Below, one piece after another: positions 36,538 to 45,236 of a stretch of DNA of 64,000 nt. Made by a program: the position numbers and the translations under genes. The notes below the pieces were generated by a model. The model ran no database searches. It was given only the letters and a program-made list of their open reading frames with translations, and was not told where the DNA came from. This DNA is from an archaeon (GTDB taxonomy: Archaea > Thermoproteota > Nitrososphaeria > Nitrososphaerales > Gagatemarchaeaceae), in assembly GCA_021823325.1 (NCBI GenBank), contig JAKAOG010000002.1, positions 72,651-136,650 of the forward strand. The letters are read 5' to 3'. Position 1 is the first letter of the stretch; each line of letters begins with the position of its first letter.

Positions 36538-36572
36538 GAAAGTCCGGACCGCCGTTCCGTTATAAGCTGTCT

Positions 36573-37520
36573 CTAGCTTCGGCGCACAGACAGCGGGAGG
36601 TCGAGGACCGTTATCAGACCGGGAGGAGCCCTGCCGACCCTCTCCACCGCGTGGACCGCCACCGCCACGGTGGCGGAGTCTCCGAACACCCCCTTCTCGA
36701 ACCGGACCTTGATGGCCGGGTCTCCCGCCACCTCTATGACGTCGAAGTCGGCGGACGTGGTCGTCATCTCGAGGTCGAGGCGGATGGTGCACTTCCCCGC
36801 TTTCCCTTCTGCGAACTGCCGCACCCCCATGACGTAGTCTTCCGACCCCATCACCGGAAAGACTCCCTGGCTCACTTCCTTGAGCTCCTCGCCGAGCGAG
36901 AGAGCGACGAGGTGGGCCGACTCGGCCAGGCCGATGTGCCCCAGCTTCCCCTCCTCCAGCTCCTTCTCGAACTTGGACCGGGTCATCCCCACCCCTGTCT
37001 TGTTGACGAGCTGCTGGCGCCTCCGCGAGATGTCTACGCTCCGGACGACATGTATCCTGGTCGGGTTCTTGGACGCGGACGCTATCACCGACGGGACCCA
37101 GTCCATGATGAAGCCCGGGTTCACCCCCACGCCGACGACGGTGACGCCCTTCTCCCGGGCGAGCGAGTCGAGCCGCCCTGCTTCGTCGGCCCTCGCGTGG
37201 CTCGGATAGGCCATCTCTTCAGAGGTCGTGACGACGTCGAGCCCCGATGAGAGGAGCGCCCCTATCTCGGAGGCGACGTCCCCTATCCTAGATCTGGCCG
37301 AATAGACGGCGACCTCGGCGTCCCCGAACTGCGCCTGCTGGACAGACTGCTGTATCCTCACTCCCAGGGGGAGCCCGGTCACCTCGGCGATCGTCTTCCC
37401 CGCCTTCGCCGGGTCAGGGTCTATCACCGCGACCACGTCGTGCCCCCTTTCGAGAAGGTGCCTTAGGATCTCGGTCCCGATGGCGCCCATCCCGCAGAGG
37501 ACGACCCTTACCAATGCCAC
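36573..37520 (-). CDS. NAD(P)-dependent amine dehydrogenase (2,4-diaminopentanoate dehydrogenase/DapB-N family)
   Basis: GMGAIG Rossmann motif, VVTTSEEMAYP, GVNPGFIMD, K.G.G and GDSAT. Start is GTG 37520 or TTG 37514. Confidence 0.8.
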   Translation of the reverse strand: MALVRVVLCGMGAIGTEILRHLLERGHDVVAVIDPDPAKAGKTIAEVTGLPLGVRIQQSVQQAQFGDAEVAVYSARSRIGDVASEIGALLSSGLDVVTTSEEMAYPSHARADEAGRLDSLAREKGVTVVGVGVNPGFIMDWVPSVIASASKNPTRIHVVRSVDISRRRQQLVNKTGVGMTRSKFEKELEEGKLGHIGLAESAHLVALSLGEELKEVSQGVFPVMGSEDYVMGVRQFAEGKAGKCTIRLDLEMTTTSADFDVIEVAGDPAIKVRFEKGVFGDSATVAVAVHAVERVGRAPPGLITVLDLPLSVRRS

Positions 37521-37572
37521 GCTGGAGGCCTGCCGTTTAATAACGCGTTTCCCGCTTTGGCGGCGAGGACCT

Positions 37573-38472
37573 CTGACATTCTCCATAGTGGCGAGGGACG
37601 AGAAGACGGGGGAGATCGGGGTCGCGGTCCAGTCGCATTACTTCTCGGTTGGGTCGGTCGTCACCTGGGCGCGGGCCGGGGTCGGTGCGGTCGCGACCCA
37701 AGCCATGGTGGACCCGAAGTACGGCCCGCTGGGTTTGGAGCTGATGGCGGGCGGGCTGAGCGCGCCGGAGGCGTTGGCCTCTCTCCTCAAAGGGGACGTC
37801 AAGCCCGAGGTCAGACAGGTCGCGATGGTCGACTCGAGGGGACGGGTCGCCGCCCACACCGGCAGCAGGTGCATTCCTGACGCCGGCCACTCCGTCGGGA
37901 ACGGGTTCAGCTGCCAGGGGAACATCATGGCCAACGACAGGGTGTGGGGGTCGATGAAGAGCGCGTTCGACTCGAGGGGGGAGCTCCCCCTCCCCGAGAG
38001 GCTGGTGGCTGCCCTCGACGCGGCACAGGAAGAGGGAGGAGACCTTCGCGGAAAGCAGTCGGCGGCGATACTGGTTGTCGGGCCGGACCTCCGCCCGAAC
38101 GGCTGGGAAGGGAAGTTGGTAGACCTCCGGGTCGAGGACCACCCTGAGCCTCTGAGGGAGCTCAGGCGGCTCCTGCGCTACCAGACGGGATACAGATGGA
38201 TCGACAAGGGCGACGACCTCTTCAGTTCCAACCGCATGCAAGAGGCCCTGGAAGCCTACACAAAGGGGATGGAGCTCGTCCCCGAAGTCCTGGAGCTGAA
38301 GTACTGGGTGGCCATCGGCCTCATCGGATCGGGGAAAGAGAAGGCGAAGGGATTGAAGATGTTGAGAGAGGTGTGCGACGAAGAGCCAAACTACGTCCGG
38401 CTCACCGAAGGCATGGTCAGGGCAGGTTCCGTCTCCCTCGACCCGTCTGTCCTACGGTCGGTCACAGGCTGA
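37573..38472 (+). CDS. DUF1028 (Ntn-hydrolase-like) protein with C-terminal TPR-like helices
   Basis: TFSIVARD, GVAVQS, VATQA, QGNIM, GGDLRGKQSAA and DLRVEDH motifs. Apparent CTG start. Confidence 0.88.
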   Translation: MTFSIVARDEKTGEIGVAVQSHYFSVGSVVTWARAGVGAVATQAMVDPKYGPLGLELMAGGLSAPEALASLLKGDVKPEVRQVAMVDSRGRVAAHTGSRCIPDAGHSVGNGFSCQGNIMANDRVWGSMKSAFDSRGELPLPERLVAALDAAQEEGGDLRGKQSAAILVVGPDLRPNGWEGKLVDLRVEDHPEPLRELRRLLRYQTGYRWIDKGDDLFSSNRMQEALEAYTKGMELVPEVLELKYWVAIGLIGSGKEKAKGLKMLREVCDEEPNYVRLTEGMVRAGSVSLDPSVLRSVTG

Positions 38473-38482
38473 GAGCCGCGGT

Positions 38483-38986
38483 TTACTGCAGCACGACCTT
38501 CGTCGTGAGCACATTGTTGTACAGCTGTGGGTTGTTATAGACGAGGTAGTAGGTCGCTCCTCCGCTCAGGGTGACGCTGAAGGCGCCCGAGTTGACGGCG
38601 CCGCTGTTGTAGACGAAGGTCTCGTTTCCGGAGCCGGCCACGACGCCGCAGCTGTGCTCGAGCGTCGAGTACGCTTGGGCGCTCATGACCAGTACCTGGA
38701 CCTGGTTGGAGGTGCCCCCGAGGACCTGGAAACTCCCCTGGAGGACCGGGCTCCCTCCCGCTGGAACGGCGACCTGGTAGGACACGCACGCCGTCAGGAG
38801 GACGTCGATGTTGCTGTCTACGACCGTCGTCGCCCTGGAACCGAACCCTGGGAGCACCCCCAAGAACGCGGATAGGATGAGGACGACCGCCACCACCGCC
38901 ACGAGGACGACTATGTTCCTCCTGCGGCGGGACTCAGGCTCGCGCTCACGAGGCACCTTCAGGGGAAGGGTGTTTCCCTGGCTCAA
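38483..38986 (-). CDS. Hypothetical single-TM protein with extracellular beta-rich domain
   Basis: Basic stretch, one TM helix, then a beta-strand-rich domain ending YYLVYNN. Confidence 0.6.
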   Translation of the reverse strand: MSQGNTLPLKVPREREPESRRRRNIVVLVAVVAVVLILSAFLGVLPGFGSRATTVVDSNIDVLLTACVSYQVAVPAGGSPVLQGSFQVLGGTSNQVQVLVMSAQAYSTLEHSCGVVAGSGNETFVYNSGAVNSGAFSVTLSGGATYYLVYNNPQLYNNVLTTKVVLQ

Positions 38987-39032
38987 CAGGTTCAGCGGCG
39001 CGCCCTGCGACTTATGCTTTTGCGGAAAAGCG

Positions 39033-39713
39033 TCACCTGAATCGGCGGATGCCCTGGAATATGTCCATCAGGTGCCGAGAGTAGCGGCTCCCGTCTGAAA
39101 GGTCGGTCACGGACACTCCTCCGTGGCTCAGGTTCGCATGGATTATGGCGCGCCCGTGAAGAAGCAGCGCGACATGGCCCGCGAAGAAGACGAGGTCTCC
39201 AGGTTTCGCTTCGTCGAAGCCCTTGACCTTCTTGCCCGCGTCTCTCTGCCAGTTCGAGTTTCTGGGCAGCTCCACGCCGGAGAAACGGTAGAGCCTCTGG
39301 GTGAACCCCGAGCAGTCGTAGCCAAAGTCCGACGTCCCACCCCAGAGATACGGGACGCCGAGGAAAGCCTCCGCGAGCTTCGTCGGTTCGTGCTTCGAAC
39401 CGACAGGGACGAGGAGCCTCTTGGGCACTTTGAACCGCGATGCCTCCTCTTCGGTCAGGTATGACCCGAACGGGAGGAGCAGGCCCCCGGACGAGTGCCT
39501 TGAAGCGAGCTTGTACTTCGGATCGCCCGACGCGTCGCTTAGGAGCGTTTCCTGCATGTACCCCTCGAGACCGTCCGGTCCCACGACGCGGAGATACCCG
39601 TCCTCGTTCCCTAGCGCCTTCACCTCTTCCCCGAAGATCAGCTGGGAGATCCTCTCGGACCTGAACTTCGGCTTGCGCCTGACGTCCGCGACCCCGAAGG
39701 CTACCCTCTTCAC
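39033..39713 (-). CDS. SH3b-NlpC/P60 (C40) peptidase, YkfC-like gamma-D-glutamyl-diamino acid endopeptidase
   Basis: N-terminal SH3b (ADVR..P...SE..SQL.FGE) and PYLWGG...DCSG...LPRNS..Q...PGDLVFF.GHV...IIHA (Cys-His-His triad). No signal peptide. Confidence 0.88.
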   Translation of the reverse strand: MKRVAFGVADVRRKPKFRSERISQLIFGEEVKALGNEDGYLRVVGPDGLEGYMQETLLSDASGDPKYKLASRHSSGGLLLPFGSYLTEEEASRFKVPKRLLVPVGSKHEPTKLAEAFLGVPYLWGGTSDFGYDCSGFTQRLYRFSGVELPRNSNWQRDAGKKVKGFDEAKPGDLVFFAGHVALLLHGRAIIHANLSHGGVSVTDLSDGSRYSRHLMDIFQGIRRFR

Positions 39714-39778
39714 GGGTGTGCGGACCCTCGGTCGCGTTATAACCGTTCGGCGGGCAACGGAAAAATAACTCCCTGGCC

Positions 39779-41041
39779 GTGCGGGCGTCGATGAGCGACC
39801 GCCCTCACCTGGAGATCAGCAGAGGCTCGCTCTCCGTCGGCGGGTTCGAGGCGAAGGACCTCGCCGAGAAGTACGGAACCCCCCTCTACGTGACCGAGCT
39901 GGACAGGGTGACGCGGAAGCTGAAAGCCGCGGAGGACGAGCTGTCATCCAGGCACCCGGACGTCCTGATAGCGTTCGCATACAAGTCGAATTCTACCCCC
40001 GCCATCCTGAAGGCGCTGGCGTCGCGGGGAGCTGGCGCGACCGTCGTATCCGCGAACGGGCTGAGGCTCGCGCGGGCGGCGGGGGTCAGAGCGAGGGACA
40101 TCGTCCTCGACGGACCCAGCAAGTCTGAGGAGGATCTGACTGCGGCCGTCAGGATGAGGATAGGGATGATCAACGCGGAGTCGGTCCAGGAGGTGCTCGA
40201 CATCGAGGAGATCTGTGCGGGGCTGAAGGTCGAAGGGTGCAGGGTAGGGTTCAGGGTGAACTTCGGGATCCTCGCCGACACCCACGCCGGGCTCGCGACA
40301 GGAGGGAGGTCCCACAAGTTCGGGGTTCCAAGGGAAGAGGTGGTAGAGTTCTGCGAAAGCCACGCCTCCGAGCTCCGTAGGGTCAAGATATCGGGCCTTC
40401 ATTCCCATGTCGGGTCGCAGATATCAGACCCGTCGGTGTTCAGGAGAGAGACGGAAGAGCTCCTGGCCCTCTCTGACGAGCTCAGTCGGTCCGGGGTCGA
40501 GATACGTGAGTTCAACGTTGGAGGGGGGCTCGGGGTCGACTATGGAGAAGGGAAAGAGATGAGCCTGAGCGACTACGCCGACGCGACGGCGGGGACGTTC
40601 GCGCGTTCCGCTTCGAAGAGGAGGTCTCGCCTCGTATTCGAGCTTGGAAGATGGATAGTCGCGGATTCGACGGTTCTCCTCACCAAAGTGAACTACGTGA
40701 AGAGGGCGGGAGCGACCAACTGGGCGCTCGTAGATGCGGGGATGAACACGTTCCTCCGGCCCGCTCTCTATGGAGCCCGCCACAGGATAGTGGCGGCTTC
40801 GACCAAGGACAGAGAGGAGTCGTCAGTCGTCTATGACATCGGGGGACCCGTGTGCGAGACTACCGACACCTTCGGGTCGGGAGTGTCTCTCGGGGTCTCG
40901 TTGTCAAAAGGGGACCTGATAGCGATCCTCGATACGGGCGCCTACGGGACCGCCATGGCGAGCACATACAACATGCGGCCGTTCCCGAAGACGGTCGTCG
41001 TCTCCGGAGGGAGGCACAGGCTCGCGCCCCCTGCGACCTAG
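39779..41041 (+). CDS. lysA: Diaminopimelate decarboxylase
   Basis: YGTPLYV, AYKSN (PLP Lys), TGG..HKFG, HVGSQ, GPVCE..D and GAYG..MAS.YN.RP motifs. Confidence 0.88.
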   Translation: MRASMSDRPHLEISRGSLSVGGFEAKDLAEKYGTPLYVTELDRVTRKLKAAEDELSSRHPDVLIAFAYKSNSTPAILKALASRGAGATVVSANGLRLARAAGVRARDIVLDGPSKSEEDLTAAVRMRIGMINAESVQEVLDIEEICAGLKVEGCRVGFRVNFGILADTHAGLATGGRSHKFGVPREEVVEFCESHASELRRVKISGLHSHVGSQISDPSVFRRETEELLALSDELSRSGVEIREFNVGGGLGVDYGEGKEMSLSDYADATAGTFARSASKRRSRLVFELGRWIVADSTVLLTKVNYVKRAGATNWALVDAGMNTFLRPALYGARHRIVAASTKDREESSVVYDIGGPVCETTDTFGSGVSLGVSLSKGDLIAILDTGAYGTAMASTYNMRPFPKTVVVSGGRHRLAPPAT

Positions 41042-41400
41042 ACGTTCCCTGCGACTTCGAAGTGCGTGACGCTGGGCTCGAGCTCGGCCAGGTATTCGCT
41101 GTCCTTCTTGTAGTATCTCGCCTGCTTGATGTCGGTCCCTGCGAACCCCTTTATCGACTCGGCCGAGTCCCATAGGGAGATGAGAAGGAACTCCGTGTTG
41201 TCGCCCACGTCCCTGGTGAACAGATAGGCGCCGCGGTTCCCTTTGGTGCTCCGAAGGTCCTTCATCCCAGTGACCCCCACATATCTGATGAACTCCTCCC
41301 GTTTCACCCTGGGAGTGACGCCGTGCCACACCCTAGCTATCTTCGGCTGGTCCGCGTCCTGAGATTCGGCGCTGAACTGCTTTGAGGTCGGCAAACGCAT
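41038..41400 (-). CDS. ABM-like dimeric alpha-beta barrel protein
   Basis: IARVWHG, GNRG, SLWDS.ESIKGFAG.DI..ARYY motifs. Confidence 0.8.
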   Translation of the reverse strand: MRLPTSKQFSAESQDADQPKIARVWHGVTPRVKREEFIRYVGVTGMKDLRSTKGNRGAYLFTRDVGDNTEFLLISLWDSAESIKGFAGTDIKQARYYKKDSEYLAELEPSVTHFEVAGNV

Positions 41401-41427
41401 GGCGCTGTGGGAAGCGGTGCATATAGT

Positions 41428-41436
41428 TTGTTAGCA
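41428..41436 (-). promoter_or_regulatory. TGCTAACAA motif immediately upstream of the TATA box of the ABM gene
   Basis: Minus strand reads TGCTAACAA-AC-TATAT, about 20 nt before ATG 41400. Confidence 0.55.
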
Positions 41437-41477
41437 CGCGCAGACCGGCGAACCACATAGCTTGCGCTGGGATTTCA

Positions 41478-41518
41478 AATATAACAGAAAGGGAGTCCTA
41501 GACCGCGAGGCCTAGGAC
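41478..41518 (-). terminator. Hairpin plus pyrimidine-rich tail after oppA
   Basis: Minus strand GTCCTAGGCC-TCGC-GGTCTAGGAC followed by TCCCTTTCTGTTATATT, about 15 nt after the oppA stop. Confidence 0.6.
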
Positions 41519-41532
41519 CTTATTGATGTGTT

Positions 41533-43659
41533 CTAGGTCTGAACAGGCTGATAGTATATCTGGTTGTACCAGTATCCTACGTACGGGTTGTTCACGAATC
41601 CCTGAACATAGGGCTGGATGAAGAAGTAGTAGGTTGGGATGTTGGGGAATGGCGGGAACAGACCGTTCTGGATGGTCATCTGCTCCAGAGTGAGGGCGCA
41701 GGCGTTTACCTGGGCGCCGACAGCGAAGTCGCAAGCTGCGACCTCAGCTTCCACCGTGGAGTTGGTGAACCAACCGTTGTACGGAGACGGCAGGAGGAGT
41801 GGCTCGTACATTGCAAGGAACGGGTCTGCGTAGTCCGGTCCCCAGCCGAGGATCTCAACCTGCGGGAAGGTCTGTGCGTTGGAAGTCAGGATGTTGCTCT
41901 CTGCAGAAGTGATGCCGTACGGAACCGCGCCGATACCGAACAGGCCTAGGTTCGCTTCGATGCCCTGCAGCTGTCCCTTCAGCTCAGTGAGCAGTGGGAC
42001 AGTGTAGTAGAGCTTCAAAGGAGCTAGCTGTTGTCCGTTCGGGTTGCCGATCACTGTACCTGCAGCGATCGAGGTCCCGTTGGACAGGGTAAAGGCTGCT
42101 GGCACCACCGTGTAGAAGTTGCCTTGCATTCCTGCTGCCTGGAAGTAGTTGAATGCGGCAGTGGTGTTGTAGGACGCTGGGCTGTAGTTAGCCGGGTTGT
42201 AGTAGCTACCGAACGCCGGAGTAAGCGCACCTATGAAGTAGGTGCCATACGCCTGGCCGTTGTAGTAGTTGGGGAGGTTCAACTCAGTGTAGTTGATTGC
42301 GCTCTCCCACCCGAGTCTGAATGCGGTGATGTTGGTCGGGGTGGTCACCGTGTTCATCAGGAACCACGAGCCGAACGGGAACGCTCCCTCTGACTTGTGG
42401 ATCTGGTTGAACGCGAATGACGGCTGGTTCGCGTGGAACGCGTTGTACATCTGTCCGTACTCCTGGATGCTCTCAGTGGAGAGCTGCGCCTTGTTGGTCG
42501 CAAAGTCCTGGATCAGGGCAGTGTCAGACGGCGCCACGTTGTAGATGATGGTGTTGATCTTTGCCGGAGCCGCGTCGGTCATGGACGCGTTGCCGGTGAT
42601 CGCCGCGCTGTAAGCGCCCCAGTAGTGGGGTGTTGCAACGAAGGTCACTGGAGCGAGCCCTGCACCTACCGACTTTATCATGTATGGCCCGGTGCCGATC
42701 GCACCGTTGAGGTTGATGTACGAGTTCAGGGTGTTATTGACGACACCACCGTGCGCATCGACGAACGCCGGGTCTACCACGTTCTGACCGTCGAAGCCGC
42801 TCCAGAGCTCTAGGCCGAAAGTGCCCAAGGGCTTGAAGTAGTTCGCGACGAATGTGGTGGAGTTAGGCGCCACGACTGCCTGGTTGGCATACGCCATGAT
42901 CGCAGCCTGAGTCGAGTTGGATGGGTTGAAGTTCGACAACATCTGTCCTACAATGCTAGATGCAAGGTTGCAGCTGGCCACTGTCTCTAGGTTCGCTGCC
43001 TTACCTGTCACTGAGGCGATGGCGTCAGCCAGTCCGGCTGGCAGACCAAGGCCCGCATTGTTCCAACAGTACGAGTCCGAATACTCAGACCCGCCTGCCG
43101 TCAGGTTGTAGATGATCTGGTTCCAGTTGAAACCTGCGATGAAGCTTGGAGCGTTCATGTACAGGTTCCTGACTATGGTGAACCAGACGTCATACGAGCT
43201 GAAGTTGTCGCCGTTGGAGAACCAGACGTTCGGTCTGATGTTGAACGAGTTGGTCGCTCCACCGTTGAGGTTGACGTTGTAGCTGTCCGCGAGGACAGGC
43301 TGGAACACGTTACCCGAAGATCCGTTCAGCTCGATCAGGTTCTGGTATACGGCGTTCAGCATTGCAGTATCCTGCAGGTAGAACGCGTACTGCGGGTCCA
43401 GAGAGTCATACGCTGCTCCCTGCGACTCGTCGACCAGAAGGCTGGAGTTGGTCGGACCGTAGAGTGACGAGGTTGTGGTTGTAGTCGTCGCGACACTAGA
43501 GGTGGTGGTCGTTTGAACGCTAGACGTGGTGGTCGTCGTCGAAGACGTCGACCCTGGGACGAGGACGAAATATGCTGCTACACCTGCGATGACGATGATT
43601 ACTACGATGATTGCAACTGTTGCTGCTGTTGAAATTGCTTCTCTTTGCTTTACGTTCAT
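41533..43659 (-). CDS. Peptide ABC transporter substrate-binding protein (family 5, OppA/DppA-like)
   Basis: DSLDP, VYQNL, PVLA, FSNG, IGTGPY and GWGPDYADP motifs. Class III-like signal peptide and Thr-rich linker. Confidence 0.9.
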   Translation of the reverse strand: MNVKQREAISTAATVAIIVVIIVIAGVAAYFVLVPGSTSSTTTTTSSVQTTTTSSVATTTTTTSSLYGPTNSSLLVDESQGAAYDSLDPQYAFYLQDTAMLNAVYQNLIELNGSSGNVFQPVLADSYNVNLNGGATNSFNIRPNVWFSNGDNFSSYDVWFTIVRNLYMNAPSFIAGFNWNQIIYNLTAGGSEYSDSYCWNNAGLGLPAGLADAIASVTGKAANLETVASCNLASSIVGQMLSNFNPSNSTQAAIMAYANQAVVAPNSTTFVANYFKPLGTFGLELWSGFDGQNVVDPAFVDAHGGVVNNTLNSYINLNGAIGTGPYMIKSVGAGLAPVTFVATPHYWGAYSAAITGNASMTDAAPAKINTIIYNVAPSDTALIQDFATNKAQLSTESIQEYGQMYNAFHANQPSFAFNQIHKSEGAFPFGSWFLMNTVTTPTNITAFRLGWESAINYTELNLPNYYNGQAYGTYFIGALTPAFGSYYNPANYSPASYNTTAAFNYFQAAGMQGNFYTVVPAAFTLSNGTSIAAGTVIGNPNGQQLAPLKLYYTVPLLTELKGQLQGIEANLGLFGIGAVPYGITSAESNILTSNAQTFPQVEILGWGPDYADPFLAMYEPLLLPSPYNGWFTNSTVEAEVAACDFAVGAQVNACALTLEQMTIQNGLFPPFPNIPTYYFFIQPYVQGFVNNPYVGYWYNQIYYQPVQT

Positions 43660-43695
43660 TCTCGAGCCGCGAACCTCTCGAACTTTATTTAAGTA

Positions 43696-43704
43696 TTGTT
43701 AGCA
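43696..43704 (-). promoter_or_regulatory. TGCTAACAA motif immediately upstream of the oppA TATA box
   Basis: Minus strand reads TGCTAACAA-TAC-TTAAATAAA, 24 nt before ATG 43659. Confidence 0.6.
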
Positions 43705-43757
43705 GATGAGACGATGTTGTTGAGATTTTTGCAGAAACGTGACTCCGTCGTGAGGGG

Positions 43758-44015
43758 TTATCTGCCCTGGCGCATGCTGGCGTATAGCAGCACGTATCCT
43801 TCCTGAGTGGGCCTGTAGTAGCGCTCCCTGGCGCCGCTCGAAGCGAACTCCACGAGACCGTCTTTCCGCAGCTTCCCCAGCCCCCTGCTGATGTCGCTGA
43901 GGTGCTTGTTCTCGAGCGAAGCGAGCTCAGTCGGGGTCCTCGGCCGGATGACCAGGTAGTAGAGCAACTTCAGCCTGAATGGTCCATGGATTGTGATCCC
44001 ATCAGTTATGCCCAA
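43758..44015 (-). CDS. Small winged-helix (ArsR/MarR-like) transcriptional regulator
   Basis: PRTPTELAS...LSDISRGLGKLRKDGLV...RYY.PT..G; sits between oppA and oppB. Confidence 0.8.
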   Translation of the reverse strand: MGITDGITIHGPFRLKLLYYLVIRPRTPTELASLENKHLSDISRGLGKLRKDGLVEFASSGARERYYRPTQEGYVLLYASMRQGR

Positions 44016-44151
44016 GTTCCTGCCCGCCTAATAGCGCAGATTAGCATTAAAACCGTTTCGCCGAAGCCGCCATCGGCGTTTTTCCCAATCTAAGGACAAC
44101 CGAATCGGAAAACGACGTCCCGGATTCGCTAGCTTTCCGTAGATGGCGCGC

Positions 44152-44160
44152 TGTTAACAA
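44152..44160 (+). promoter_or_regulatory. TGTTAACAA motif immediately upstream of the oppB TATA box
   Basis: TGTTAACAA-TC-TATAAAA; the core TGTTAACA is palindromic. Confidence 0.6.
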
Positions 44161-44203
44161 TCTATAAAAGGCGTTGAAACGCGCTTCGGCTCAAGTCAGG
44201 GAC

Positions 44204-45235
44204 TTGGTTTCTCGGTTCCCCCTGTTCGTTGCAAGAAGAGCCGTAAACGCCGTAGTCACGATTATCCTGATGATTGCGCTCATCTTCGTCATAGTCCACA
44301 TAGTAGCCCCGACTCCCGAAGACCTGGCGCACTTCTACACAGGAAGAGGGTGCATCAGCCAGTCCTTCTGCCTCCAGCTGGCTCACAGATATGGGCTCGA
44401 CCAGCCGATTTACATCCAGTTCTGGAATTACGTGATCGGGGTGTTCCAGGGGAACCTTGGCACCGACACGATCTACCAGCTTCCAGAGCTTCAGGTCCTC
44501 GCGAGGTTCCTTCCGATCACTTTGGAGATGGTGGTGGTCGGGAGCGTCCTAGGCGTCGTGATCGGGATCTTCACCGGGGCGATCGCGGCGTCCAACAGGA
44601 ACACCAAGACCGACTACGGCATAAAGGGACTCTACCTGATGACGTGGGCAGCGCCCCCGTTCTTGGCGGCGATCGTCTTCCAGCTCATCCTCGCGTATTA
44701 TCTTAACCTCCTGCCTACAGGGAACATCGCGAACCTCACCCTGACCGCGCCCCCAGTGGTAACGGGGCTGCCGATGGTGGACTCGATACTCGCCCAGAAC
44801 TGGGTGTACCTCTACAGTTACCTGCAGCACCTGGTGCTCCCCGCTCTGACCATCGCCGTCATCAGCTTCGGCTCGATAACCAGGATCACAAGAGCGAGTA
44901 TGATAGACGCCCTCGACAAGGACTACGTCAAGCTGGCGTACATGAAGGGCCTCCCCAAGAGGAGCGTGGTGTACGGGACCGCCTTCAGGAACGCCATCAT
45001 CCCCATCATCACTCTGATCGCCATCACGTTCGCTTTCGCCGTCGGAGGGGCGCTGGTGGTCGAATACATTTTCAACTACCACGGCATCGGGTACTTCACC
45101 TTGCAGGCGGTGTACGCGTTCGATTATCCGGCCGTCCTTGCGATCACGATAATCATCGGACTGTCGGTCATCATCGCGAACTTCATCGCCGACATTCTCT
45201 ACGGAGTCATGGACCCGAGAGTGAGGCTGACCTAG
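44204..45235 (+). CDS. oppB: Peptide ABC transporter permease (OppB/DppB)
   Basis: YGLDQP, GNLG, HLVLP, DYVKLA..KGL and AFRNAIIP motifs. Start taken as TTG 44204, downstream of the TATA box. Confidence 0.93.
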   Translation: MVSRFPLFVARRAVNAVVTIILMIALIFVIVHIVAPTPEDLAHFYTGRGCISQSFCLQLAHRYGLDQPIYIQFWNYVIGVFQGNLGTDTIYQLPELQVLARFLPITLEMVVVGSVLGVVIGIFTGAIAASNRNTKTDYGIKGLYLMTWAAPPFLAAIVFQLILAYYLNLLPTGNIANLTLTAPPVVTGLPMVDSILAQNWVYLYSYLQHLVLPALTIAVISFGSITRITRASMIDALDKDYVKLAYMKGLPKRSVVYGTAFRNAIIPIITLIAITFAFAVGGALVVEYIFNYHGIGYFTLQAVYAFDYPAVLAITIIIGLSVIIANFIADILYGVMDPRVRLT

Positions 45236-45236
45236 G

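Noticed and set aside
43465..43545. GTN-rich quasi-repeats (similar low-complexity tracts at 31410-31540 and 32240-32310)
   Set aside because: These encode Thr/Ser or Pro-rich protein linkers. They are not CRISPR or DNA-level repeats.
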